Of a DNA stretch of 64,000 nt, positions 36,172 through 49,149 are shown piece after piece; within the stretch, counting starts at the first letter, position 1, and the number at the start of each line of letters is the position of its first letter. A program made the translations under genes and the position numbers. Where the stretch lies: the NCBI GenBank assembly GCA_047495785.1, contig JBLDXI010000019.1, positions 3,348,001 to 3,412,000 on the forward strand, written 5' to 3'. The DNA is from Lepidodermella squamata. Taxonomy: Eukaryota; Animalia; Gastrotricha. The notes under the pieces were generated by a model that made no database searches, was not told where the DNA came from, and saw nothing but the letters and a program-made list of their open reading frames with translations.

Positions 36172-36942
36172 TCAAGTCACCAGAGGTTCGATAACTCCAG
36201 TTGCCGATAAAACAACAACAACGACCAATGCGATGAGGGCGAGAACGACGAAAATTGCGACAAAACATCGAAATGTTTTACTAAAAATTAAAAATTAAAA
36301 ATATACAAAAAAATTCCAATGGTTAACATTAATTTTGAAAATGTCAAAGAATTTCATTAAAATTAGAAATTAAAGAATTTAAACTATTGAACTTGAATTC
36401 AAATTTTTTGAAATTGAAATTAAAATGGAAATAATTGAAATTTTTTCAAAATAGTTGTTGATGAACTTTTTTTCAAGTTTGGCAATTGCTAGTAACCTTT
36501 CAGCGTAGTATTTGAAGCAGCATGAGCAGATGCATTTGTCAGCAAGCCAATTGATGACCGCAATCGGTATGGTTATTGGAGCAGTTATAATGAGAACCAG
36601 AAGCGCCAGGGCCAAGCCTAAATACTCGCAACAGCATTCCGATATACTCGAGCGATGATTAGTGTTATCCTGTTTTTTGTCCTCAACAAAATTTTGAGCA
36701 AATTTAGCCGATCGATCAGCAGAGTGGCCTTGTTCGACGTCTTGTGGGACATTTGGGGAGTCGTTGTTTTCATTAGAAGTTGGTGATAGGGTGAAAAATG
36801 ATGAGAAGAAGCTGTAGGCTGCATTTTTAACAACATCAGCTGTTGAGCTGAGATCGACGGGCTGAGGCTCGGTAACTTCGAGAGTCTGTTGGTCGTCTTC
36901 ATTTATTACCGGTATTAAATCGTCCTCGGCAATAGTAGTCAT
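36172..36942 (-). CDS. Two-TM membrane protein with Cys-rich juxtamembrane segments (exons 36942-36497, 36280-36172)
   Basis: Acidic N-terminus, ECCCEYLGLALALLVLIITAPITIPIAVI; a phase-2 intron leads to FRCFVAIFVVLALIALVVVVVLSATGVIEP. Confidence 0.7.
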
Positions 36943-37060
36943 TTTAGAAGTAGTTCAGAATCCTAAAATTGAAATTTGAAATTTCAACTTTAAACTGAAA
37001 GTTTTTCGCTTTGTTGAAAAATCAGTGCGCGCGCGTAAAATTGGCGCGGGTCTCCTTATA

Positions 37061-37241
37061 CAGGGTGGCCAAAAAATTCCGCAGAGCGGGAATTCGCTGC
37101 GCATCATTTTAATGAGGAGTTTCAAGAAATTGAGGAGTTCCATTGGCAAAAGAATGCTTGAAATTCTTCAACTTCTTAAAATTCCTCATTAAATTGAAGC
37201 GCAGCGAATTCCCGCTCTGCGGAAATGTTTTGGCCACCCTG
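37061..37241. mobile_element. Tc1/mariner-type MITE (181 bp, near-palindromic)
   Basis: TA|CAGGGTGGCCAAAA...TTTTGGCCACCCTG|TA with long imperfect terminal inverted repeats (TIRs). Confidence 0.9.
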
Positions 37242-38328
37242 TATATGGGGTTCTCGTTCAAACAATGTATCTAATTGGGATATTTTTCTACTCTCACTGA
37301 AACTTTTCAGTTGAAATAAGTGCGATGACATTGCAACAACAACCCAACTCATTTTTTTACATTTTTAATTCAAATTTTCAGTTTTTCGGTTGAAAATTCG
37401 AAAAACCTAGAAACCTTAATTTTCCCAGGCTCCCAAAGAGCTGAGCCCATTTCCCAATTTGACAGAATTAGGGACCTAAATGTGAGGACTTTGGTGAACA
37501 ATATAATTTTTGCTGCGAAATATCAAAACTTAAGTTCAGATCTCCAGACCTTGATCAGCAGCCTCTTTTAACGGCCATCCAGACATGGCTTGCTTCATGA
37601 TTGAAGTGATAAAGCTTATTGTACCTACTGCTGTGAGTATCTTATCTCTCAAGTATAATTCTATCTCTAACTATTTATATTAAATATTATCAAGTAAAAT
37701 ATCTTTCACGATTACTATCACTTTAACGCTAATATCATTTGTCCGGTTCTGGACTACCGCATTCCGAGCAGGTCCGTTTGGGAGTAAAACGGAATGATGC
37801 TTGATTATTTCGGGAATTTTGTTAATTGTCGCCAATCGCATATTTGGGTGATGAAAGAGCGAAAATATGGTGCAAATCGTAAAGCGAAATTTCTTTCATA
37901 GCATTCTTTTATTGTCCATTCAAACTGAAAAGCAGAGAGAGTTGGAGCAGAGATCAGGCGAGCTAAAATGAGATTCACTGAAATTAGTACATTTTATGAT
38001 GCTATGAAAGGTGATTGCTAATCTCAGTTTAAGAAATCTAACTTTCTCACTTCTCACACATGAAATTCATCGAAAAATAAAGAGTGGAAATGTGAAGGAA
38101 TTGAAAAGTCTAACACTCACTCAACACGACTGGTAAATGTATCACGAGGAAAGTAATAGGAATTCTAACTTCAATGAATATTTTTCTACAATCTAGTCCC
38201 AGCAAAATCTACAATAGATGGCGACTTGGAGATCGAAACCGATGCCTGAACAAAACTGTGCGATTGCACTGTATAAGATCGCACTTCATTCGATTATTTG
38301 AGAGTTGCCTTGAGTAAGTAAATACCAA

Positions 38329-41300
38329 TTAAAAGACTCGCATTTCTGAGAAAATGACAGGAGATGAACCGATTTTCTCAACAGATACATAACGGCCTGA
38401 CATTGGCGGCGTGCAGTATAGTTCAAAATTTTGACCCGCAATCAAATTTGGGACTCGATATCCATCGTAAAAATCGCATATTGGATTTTGCGAGAATATA
38501 TCCGAATCGCCAACACGAACAACCAGCCTGAACCCCACAGGATACGCGTAGTTTATCCAGCCAGAGCTTGCAGACAGAATGAGCACGACTTTCGTAATGC
38601 TGGGCATTGTTTGGCCCATATCAACTTGAAAGTACAGCCCTGACGTCTCGGGCTCGGAACCAATGGGATCGGAAAGGGAACCATCGGTCAGTCCAGTGTT
38701 AACTGTCTCATTGGAATGAGAAGACGTTACTGTCTTCCAAGCAGCGTAGTTTGTTGAGGGATCATGGCTGACACTGACGTGGCACAGGAGAAGATCAATG
38801 TAATTCGCCGAAACAACAATATATCTACCGGATTTCACGGACTCGGATGACAGCAAGATTCTGGATCGAAACGGTGCAACTTCAACGTCAGGAGAAAATC
38901 TAGGCAGATTCGAAACTTCAGAGCTTGAAGTCGCAGATGTATTTGCCACACGAACTGATAAGCCTTTAGCTGCGAAACCAATATCTTCAACATAGCTGCA
39001 GCCTTTGAAGCCGAATCTTCCAGCGGTCTTATTGACGAATGCGTCAATGTAGAGCCGAACAGCCGCCGCCACAAGCACTGGGTTCAAAAAACTGACAACT
39101 GGCGTTTGCGTCGGGATGGTCGTTCCATCGAAAATTCTCAGGGTCGAACCGTTCCGCCAGACGTAACCGGCCCATTTACTAGCTGGATTCATTAGTCTGG
39201 AAAGAATATGGTACTTGGTGATTGCGCCCGTTGCGTTTCTACTCGACTGTACTGCGACGGCACTGATAAGTTTCGCCTCTTTGAATTCAATCTGGAAGTA
39301 TGGTTGCACGTCTGTTGCAAGTGGTATCCAATCTACCCCGTTAACGTCGTTTCTAGCAAAATCAGCTGGAGTAGTTGCACTAGAGGCACTTATCAAAGCT
39401 TCACCATCATACAGCTCAACATTGCACATAAAACCTGGGAACGATTTTAGAACTTAAATTCAGACAATCAATTTCGACTTACTGGGACACCCACGAACTA
39501 CCCATCGCAGGCAAATTTCATTCGACCACGCGTCAGGATACAGTCGCAGGTATCGAGCTGTTATGTGAGGTCTGATGAAATTCCAAATCAAATTTCCGGG
39601 ATCGTTGTTTGCTTTGAAATACTTCAAGTTAAACGTTCTTGCTCTATCCATGAATTTAGTGAAATAAACACCGATGTTGCTGTATTCGAGGTGGAACGTT
39701 TTGACGAAGCAATTTTTAAAGTCGTCACCTTGGGTAGCAACTTGAGTGATGGTTAATACCTCACCAAAATCAGCCTGAATGTACTCGGATATCGATGAGG
39801 TCAGAGGGCGCCAGCAACATGCGACAGAATTGTCAATACATGTCCCCATGGTAACGCATTTGTCGTAGGTGACATTATCGGGGCTTGGGGATGTGTAAAC
39901 CGAGCTGAATGTCACATTTGCACTTGCGGTTAGATCACTCTCGCAAACATGGCCCTGGAGCTTAGTTGCAGTTGGACATAGCGACCACAATTCCATCGCA
40001 AGGTACTGAGTGATATTGCCTTGGTAAACGAAGAGGCAAGCGAGAGAACCTTCGAAAAATTTGCTGGCATTATTGTAAGGATCCTGGGAATCAAATTTCG
40101 AAATTGTTCATTCAATTTATGCTATAATTTTCAACTCACGTAAGCTACAAAAAAGGTGTTCGTGTCCGCCAAAGTCGATCCACTGAAAGGCGTAGACCCT
40201 ACAAGACTGCCGTCAGCGTATGCCGTCATAATTTGATTGGTAATGTCAATAGACATCGAGTAGTGATAATAAGAGTTCGCCACCGTAGCATTTTCATGTT
40301 TCACAACGAGAGATTCTGAAGTTGAAATGGAATACTCGATATTGCCCTGGAAGAAGCGAATGCCATGTTGCGGGAGAGCGTTCATGTAGAACCGCACGAA
40401 CGGCCCGCCAACTGTCGGAGTGTTAGCAACGCTGTATGCCCAAATTCCAACGGAATAAGTGTTTGTTCCGTTGCCGCCCGGCTTTAAACTTAGTGGATAC
40501 GGGCACCCAATGTAACTCGCAGCGCCCGCCGAGAAACGATACGGATATGCACCACTGAACCACCCCGGCAAGCGCGCTGCGCCGTCGAATATCGCATCTT
40601 GCACAGCAGCGCTACTAGGCATAAGCGTGAAGGTGTCACCCCAGGGATAGACGTTCCGAACAGAGTAGCCGGTCGACTCAAAGTTGTTGTCCATCATCAG
40701 CATAGCCTTTGCTGTCATCTCGGAGGTTGATGTAAGTGGGCAACGTTTCAATGAGTACAACTGACGCCGATTCATGGCAACATTCGCGTAAATCTGAAGA
40801 CAAGCATAGTCCCCAACAACTGAGCCTGCGCCTCCGATTCGAAAAATGCGAGTATTAGTAGCAACCCCATCCGAGCAAGTGAACGGGAATCGATCAATCA
40901 CCTCACCCTCGTAGACTAGACCGACAAATGAGGTAGAATGATCGACAGTCACTCCAATATAAGCCCATCTATTCGCCTTCATTTCGATTTTCGAAGATAT
41001 GAAATCCATCTCTGAAAAGCCATCTCTGCACTTGTTTCGCCAAGATAGAGACCCATTTGAGTGGACGAAAAGACCAACTTCAGGGCTGGATGATGTTGCG
41101 GTTGTCACCCAGCTGAAAACAAATCCGAATCCCGCTGGTTTAACGTGGATTAGAACCGTGAATGAATAGCGTAGGTCCATCGCGTCTTGCGACAGCTGCA
41201 AGTAATCACTCTCTGTTGGCAAATTCCACGCCCTTGTGTTTATTTATTTAGCTAAATCAAGCAAAGAAATTATTCTGAGACAAACGTTTGGTGGAATGTA

Positions 41301-43831
41301 AGAATTGACGAGCAAACAGGGGAACCACTCGACGTTAACGTCCAGCCATTTCCTGTTGCCTCGTTCAGAGAACAAGCCAAGGGAAATATAGCGAGTGGCT
41401 GGCTCGCTGAAGACAACAGATTATTTTTTGATATACTTAGAGATGATGTCTTACTTTTCCAAGGACAGCGGCTAGCCTGATCGATGTCTGAGCTGTCTAG
41501 CGACCGAAAATAAATTTGAACACATGCAACTTTACCTTTCCATTTGCCCCTAATCTGGAAGTACGAGCTTGCTATCAAGCCTGACGTCGAATATTGGCAA
41601 GGCACGGGGAAAATTCCTCGTTCGATCTTGTCGATATACAGGCGGCCAGTGTAGCTTTTACAGTCGATCGATAGAGCTACAAAAGACCATCTCCCCATCG
41701 GGATTACAGCAATCGGGTCGCCAGCGGCTGTTGGGAGTGGGTACGTCCTGTTCCTCACGACTGTCGCTCCCATTGAGTTTTCGACATACAATTTACCGTC
41801 ACCTGCAATTCTTAATGACATGCCTCGCTTCCAGCTGGAAAAAACATCATGAAATGATGATAATACCAAATTTAGGACTGCGGAAACCCACATGTCGAAC
41901 AACGATGTAATGAGATAGACATCTGACACCAGTGAGGCGTAATACACCGAAAGCGCGTACGTCCCGCCATTTACGCGATCTATGTATTGCTGTTTCGTTG
42001 AAATCAACACAGCTCGAGTATCCGCATTTGATGTCCACTCAAGAGAGCCAGCCAGCCGGTCGTCGACTCCTAAACCGAAAGCTAAACCATCTGAAGCTAC
42101 AGCGTGATTTCCGTTGCCCGAGATGTCATCCAACCCATGTATCAAATCGAATAGCCATAGACCGTCAGGATTCAGCGTTGCGAAGGGAGGATAGTCTGGC
42201 GTGGTGATTTCGATATGGTTGAATGATTGACTATTTCCCAGGTCGATAATGGCGTATGGAAATCCCGCCGGCGGAACAGCAGTGAATCGGCTGCAGTTTT
42301 GAATATGCTGTGATCGAATTTGCCGTGTTTGGGTGATGACTTTCGGCTCGCTGCTGAAGCCATTGTACTCCTTTTTAGCCAGGGATGGCGTAGCAACATT
42401 CTTATCCCTCGCCAGGTTTTTCATCGTTCGCGGGTTTTCTTTTAAATAAATGATTCATCAAAGAAAAAGAAATATTGCATAACTACTCTTGCATCCCAGG
42501 AGTTCCACCTTGAAGCATTGTGAGCCTGAAACGGTGAAAGGGGCGATTCTAAAGAACCTCGCTGCAATTGGCTTCGGAAAAGTAGCGGCTGATATGTTAA
42601 CTGCATCCGTATTTCCTTCCCAAACCTCAGATCTGTCAGCTTTGAGTATTTTGCGCCAATAGTCATTTTCTCTGGATCGACTCTGAATTAGAAAGGTTTT
42701 CACCCATGAATTCAAGGAACTGCAACCCTGCATCTGAACTGCCATAACAATCGTTTGCTTCAGAAGATCGACTACAACGAAGTCGTCGACAATCGGTGAA
42801 GCGGCCATGCCCCAAGTGAGTCGCGAGTACCGCGGCAGAGAATAATTGAGCGCTGTAAGAATTTGAGAATCATCGATTTCCAGCGTCTGAATACCCAATG
42901 GTTCGTAGCACACCGCCGGAATGCCGTTAAGCTGCATCCTTCCCAACATCCAGGTTGTAGAATCAGTCACTATCGTCACTTTGAAATGCTTTGCGATGAC
43001 CGGCGGGTATATGTTGAACTTTGTTGTAGCGATATCCTGCGAGGGTTGCAGAATTTTTACATTGCCATTGATGGATCTGATAGACAACAGATGCGTATTG
43101 TCCAAGCCAGCTTCCATCAACATATCTTGCATACAGCGATTAGCCGCTAGGCACATGTATGAGAATCTGGCCAACCAAACAACGCGTTGCAAATCGATGG
43201 CCACCCATGTTCCAGCCGGTGGATTCAGTCCGAAGCCCATGTACCAGTTATGCAGTGCACTCAGTCTACCATAATGAGGCAATTCAATAACGATGTTTGG
43301 CGTAACACCTGTATCGATTTTAGTTGATGATGCTTGGTATCCAAGATCACTTATATAGCTGTTATCAATGTCAAGCTCGCCATTCGTGCAGTTTAGCAGT
43401 GGATCCGTCAAAGAGCACGGTGGCGGTGAAACAGCTTGGTAAATCGCATCGAAAATGCTCGATTTGCCCTGCGGAGATTTCAAAGCAAAGCTGTCTGGTG
43501 TGACAACAAACGATCTGTGAGTCTGACTTGCAACAAACATGACTTGAGAGCCATTAGGTGAGACAGAGTACAGGCTGCACGTTTGCTGATCCATGTCAAA
43601 CTCCCCCGACAGGCAGGCAGGTGCCAGGTTGCACTTGCTCATGCATTCGACGGGGAGTCTCGTAGAAGAATAGTTAGCAATTGTGAATTCAGACATATCT
43701 GTGAACCCGCTGTCTGGCATTGGCTGAATTTTGAAGCCAAGATAGTTATCGTAGTAGCTACCTCCGCCACCATCCGAAATAGCGATGATAAAACTTGAAA
43801 TGACGAAACAACTAAACGCTATTGCGAGCAT
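38329..43831 (-). CDS. Large secreted multidomain lectin-like protein, copy A: signal-PAN-2xF5/8C-[split F-type lectin containing 3xLamG-2xF5/8C]-F-type lectin
   Basis: ORFs 42458-43831, 41270-42424, 40131-41222, 39460-39996 and 38329-39429 linked by short introns. Motifs: ECMSKCNLAPAC (PAN), VATQG/ARYLRLYP (F5/8C), WSFVALS/ACVQIY (LamG), VRVGDS..NPIC..GRYVSV (F-type lectin). Confidence 0.85.
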
Positions 43832-44871
43832 TGGAATTGAAGAAACTTATAACAAAAAATTTACTGGTAAAACCGGAGTAAAACCAATTTATATAGCCTG
43901 AATTCACGATTTAATAAGTCATGATTTCCCTGGCGGTATCCATGGAAGCCTTACACTTGCGCAGATCACGCGGTTTGATCTGAAGGTGCGATGCATTTTC
44001 CAGCATCAACTGCGTCGTCGTGCGGTCTTTCTTCGGTGCAGTTTCCATCCAATTGCGCATGAAGGATTAGGAAAAATGAGCAAAATCGCATTATTTATTC
44101 TAGCATTTATAAAATAATCTGCTGTAAGTAATCTGCCTGTACATCTAAATGAATTATTACTTTTGTTTTTGCGCAGTCTTGTAAACCGAACTGGAAGTGT
44201 GAAAATTATTTGATAATCAAATCAAATTGACAAAGAATCCAGGCTCTGTTGCGCGTTTTGTGATCTAGGTTTTGTGATAGAAATCAACTGCGCTGTGAAA
44301 AAATATTCAGATTAAGAATGGCTCTCGTTTTGATGAAATCGATCCTGCTGGATTAGTTTAGCGATAGTTACCGCGTTCGCAACTCATCTTGCAGTTTAGC
44401 CTCATTTTACGATGCCGTCAATTCGATTTTATTTTCATTTTTTCATTTCAAACTAACGACATCCGCCCGTCACAAGGACACATCCAATTTTGTTTTCGCT
44501 TTGATTTTATAACCACCGCTGTCGTTATTTCGGTATCTGGAATCGCCGGAAGTTATTGATTGTGATTAAGCTCTCAACAACAATGAGCGTTCGAAAATCA
44601 CGTGATTTGTCTACTCCAACCAATCTCCAACCAATCGACGGCTAATTCATCACAACATCTGGCGCCCATGGCGTTTACAGGCTTAGTCAGTAGTAGGACT
44701 TCTATCTTAAAACTAGCTTTTTTGGCAGATTTCAAATATCATTACGCCATAGGCACGGGCCATAGAGTAATCACACTTTGCGCATTCCGTTTTGACTTTG
44801 GTTCTCGACATGCGCGTGATGGAAATACCGTTCTGAATCGATCTGAATCGCCAACACGAACAATCAGCCTG

Positions 44872-46330
44872 AACCCAACATGATACATGTAGTTAATCCA
44901 AGCTTTCGAAGATTCAAAGCTTCCAGACAGAATAAGCACGATTTTCGAAATGCTAGGCATTCTTCAGCCCATATAAACCTGGAAGTACAGCTCTGAGGTC
45001 TCGGGCTCAGAGCCGATGGGATCGGAAAGGGACCCATCGGTCAGTCCAGTGTTAACTGTCTCATTGAAATGAGAAGACGTGACTATTTTCCAAGCTGCGT
45101 AGTTCGTTGGGGGATCATGGCTGACACTGACGTGGCATAGGAGGAGGTCCATGTAATTCGCCGAAACAACAATATATCGACCAGATTTCACGGACTCGGA
45201 TGACAGCAAGATTCTGGATCGATAAGGGGCGGCTTCAACGCCGGGCGAAAATAGGGGGAGATTCGAAACGCCAGAAGCCGAAGCTGGAGGAGTGCTTGCT
45301 ACTCGAACGGAGAGACTATTCGCAGCGAAACCAATATCTTCAACACAGCTGCAGCCTTTGAAGCCAAACCTCCCAACGGGGTGGATGTAGTATCCGTCAA
45401 CAACGACTCTAATTGCCACATAGCAACAAGTGCTGGGTTCAAGGAGCTAACGAATGGCAGGGAGTCAGGCCCTTTAGGTGGCCCGTCGAAAATCCTCAGG
45501 TTTGAGCCGTTCTGCCACGTGTACCCAATCCATTTACTCAATGGATCAGCAAGTCGAGACAATAAATGGTACTTCGTGATTGAGGAGAATGCCTGTCTAC
45601 TCGATTGAACTGAAACTGCGTTGATGTGTAAACTGAGCTAAATGTCACATTTGCATTGGGACTTGCAGTTAAATCGCTCTCGCAAACATGACCCTGAAGC
45701 ATTGTTGCTGTTGGGCATTGGGACCAAAGCTCCATCGCCAGGTACAGAGTGATATTGCCTTGATACACGAAAAAGCATGCTTGGGAACCATTAAAAAATC
45801 TGGTCGTTGTCCCGTTGAAATCCTGGAGGGAAATAATGAAAGCGGGATCGCGTTGAAAGTGGAAAACTAACTATGGCCAAACGAAGTCCATCCGTGTCGG
45901 CTAGAGTTGAACCATCCAGGGATGTTGACCCTACTAAGCTGCCGTCGAGGTAGGCGACCATTTTGCGATTCGATATATCAATATTCCTAATGTATTGATA
46001 TCATATGTTTCCGGCGGCTCCATTAGCCGTCCTGACAACGCTGGATGTCGAGCTAGTCACAAAATATTCAACGTAGCCCGGATAGATGCTTATTATCCCA
46101 TGTTTCGCATAAGAGCTCATGGTATGCATTAATACCGGAAAGCCGGCCGTCGACGCACCAGCAGAAGTAGTTGCGAAAACTCCAGCGGAATAAGCAGCTG
46201 TTCCATTGCCACCTGGTTCCAAGCCAACAGTGTACACTGCAGCAATGTAATTCCCGGCTACTCCTGAGTAGAAGCGATACGCCATAGATCCCTCGAAACG
46301 AATTCCAGGAAATAATGAACTGAGAACTGA
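44872..46330 (-). pseudogene. Decayed lectin gene copy B, 3' fragments
   Basis: High similarity to the 3' exons of copies A/D with frameshifts, a stop and an internal deletion junction near 45620. Confidence 0.8.
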
Positions 46331-47340
46331 CACAAATTAGTTTCACTGAAACTAAAGCCACATGGACTTTTCGACTCAAAATTTCGCAGATGTTGCTGGA
46401 AATGTCATCAGTTGACATGTCCTCAATTATAAATCACTTCAACTTTAAATCGTATGGATCGTCACAAAAATCGCAATCGTAGGGCTTTTGTTTTCGCGTA
46501 GATTAAGCGAATATCTAGAAACTATGTTGCTCAGGCCTGATTGAGCGATTTTACCTCACAGCGCAGTTTTTTCGGCGCAATCGATACACGAAGTATAAGG
46601 CTTCATCAATTTTCACCGACCGTCGACACGCAGGCTCACATTAAGTTGGCTTTTCGTAAAACTCTGAAGTTAGGCGGAACTCTGAGCAACAATTTCGGGC
46701 AATTTTACTATGCTTGAATTAACTTTACTAAATACGTAGCTGCCCAGTTAATAAAAAAAGAATTTTCGCGGACCTTCCCTGCTTCTCTAATCACAGTCTA
46801 ATCACAGGGGGGGGGGGGGCCTTATACCCGGCCCCTGCGGAAAGCGATGTAAGGGGGACCGTTACCTATATCCCCCTTTCTTCTACACTGGAAAAAACTT
46901 TGAAGATTGTCGACATGCTAACACGCTCTAAAACCTCATGTCCCGTGAAAGTCGCTCACGAGTACTGAATACCATACGATAATTTCTGTGCGTGTTTTAA
47001 TAAAACCGTGCTGCTACAGCACTCCGCCATCAATTCGGCCATTTTTCGGGCCAGGTAACGTCAAAATAACGTCAAATTACTTTTCACGTCAAAATAAATC
47101 CTGCAATAAAATCGTGAATCTAGAAGCCGCGTCTTTGATTTTCAGTAAATTTTCCGTTCACGCCTCGCCATAAATTATGGAGAAAAATTGAACTGTTTGC
47201 CAATGGCGAGGTTGAGAAATCTAAAATCTGGCGGTTGACTTTGGTCGTACTTGCGAGCTTTCTTAGTGTTACAAATTCCAAGGCCATTTCAAGGCATACC
47301 GAATTTTGAAAGACCACGGCCAATACCAAAGACCAGACCT

Positions 47341-47625
47341 TTACGTCATTGAAACAATTTCATCCCTTGAACATATTGAGAACCATTTGGCGAGACAGAG
47401 TAGAGGCTGCACATTTTCTGAGTCATATCCAACTCCCCCGCTTGACAGGTTGGGGCGAGATTGCATTTGCTCGTGCATTCGACGGGCAGCCTGGTCAATG
47501 AGTAGCTTGCGATGGTGAATGTGCACATGTCTGAGAGGCCGGTGTCGGGCATTGGCTGGAACTTGGATCCCGGTTACTCGTTGTAGTAGCAACTACCGCC
47601 GCCGTTTGAAATAGCGATGATGAAG
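47341..47625 (-). pseudogene. Decayed lectin gene, 5' (PAN) fragment
   Basis: MPDTGLSDMCTFTIASYSLTRLPVECTSKCNLAPTC matches the copy A/D N-terminus; frameshifted and truncated. Confidence 0.8.
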
Positions 47626-48167
47626 CTTGGTCTTATCTGTCCTCTGCCTGTATCTAGTTATCTGCCTGTAAATCTGAATCAATTATTAACATTGTTTTTG
47701 CGCATAAAAGTGTGCAATTTATTTGTACGCCAATTCGATAATCGACAAGGAATCTAGGGTTATGTTACACATTATGAATACTTATATGCAAAAATTGAAC
47801 TCACTGCATTTTGATGAGATCGATCAGGTTGGATTCAATTAGGTAAACAGAAAAATCCCTTCTAATTTTCTCCTTCTACGAGCGATTCTGCAGCAACTAG
47901 ATTTCGATGATTTTGCGCTAAAGGCGATAAGAAGTACTACGCGCGCATAATATTATAAGATATACTTATAGCCCGCATTCTGTGTGAAAAAATGAATGTA
48001 CTGGACAAATGACCAACAAATATAATACGCTTTTGTGGATGTTACCATGAAATCTTCTGCTTACCTGGTAGAGGACTGTCGAAAGTATCAAGATATCGAT
48101 AGAAAAGCATGTGTAACCGTGGGTTTTTCACCGCTAGGCGACCCGAAAGCGATCTGAAAGCGCAAAA

Positions 48168-48915
48168 ACCTTGGAAAAATGCACCCACTGGCGTCTTTAG
48201 CGGCGTTTCTGCGAGGAATAAAATGGGTTCACCCACAGTTTTTTCACATTCCCCAGCCGAGCACATGGAGAGCTTATTAGGGAAGTAAGAAATAGCCAGT
48301 TAATATGGAGGTCATCCACGGCTTTTCAGTCTTTTCCCTCCCGGCTTGAAAACCGAGGAAAGAGCGAAAATTGTGTGTTTTTAGTCGCTCTTATCTCGAA
48401 AACACCCATGGTTGCACCATAGCTTTTGTAGTCAAATAGGAGAAGGCACTAGGAGGAAGGTTTTAACAGGGAAAACAGCAAGAACCACCCCAACTTATCC
48501 ACGACTTTTTCGTCCTGATTAGCACTCACTACGTCACGCCCAACACCTGGAAAAAGCATGGCCTGGCGTCTTTTGGGGCATTGCTGCAAGAAAAAGCATG
48601 GGTTCAACCACAGTTTTTTCGCGTCCTTCAGTAGAGCACAACAAGATCTTACTCAGGAAGTAAGAAATTGCCAGTAAATGCGGTGTTTATCCACGGTTTA
48701 AGAGTCTTTTCCCTCCACATCCGATTCAAGTCCGAATCGAAGAGAACGTGAGGATTTTTCATCTTTCATGGCACTTATCTTGAAAAAACCCATGGCTGCA
48801 CCATAAGTTTTTAAATTCAAACAGGAGAGGAGATTGAGAAGAAGGTTTTAAAAGAGAAAACAGCATGAACCACGACAACTTATCCGCGACTTTTTCGCCC
48901 TGATGGGCAATCACA
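48168..48915. repeat. Two imperfect tandem units of ~370-380 bp (about 48168-48530 and 48546-48915)
   Basis: Colinear shared blocks: ctggcgtcttt, atgggttca.ccacagtttttt, aggaagtaagaaat.gccagt, cccatgg.tgcaccata, aacttatcc.cgactttttcg. Confidence 0.8.
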
Positions 48916-48993
48916 TTTCAAGCTCAAAATCGAGTTTCAAAGCTGGGCTATTCCGAGACCTTACATAGCAGAGCCCTTATTTTTAGAACAGTT

Positions 48994-49134
48994 GGAACAG
49001 TTCTGTCATGTGTCATGTGAGCCATGGCCTAAAGTACTTGAAGACTCAAGGTCAGAATTGTACAGCGACGTTTCAACCGTGATGGCTAATGAGGTATCGA
49101 TTTGAAAGCTGCAGCTCTTCTATTTTGAATGATT
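48994..49134 (+). pseudogene. Duplicated fragment of SEA-gene exon 2 and following intron
   Basis: Near match to 51616-51750 (cagaattgtacagc...tttcaaccgtgatggctaatgaggtatc), with a small internal duplication. Confidence 0.8.
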
Positions 49135-49149
49135 GGTTCCAACCATAGA

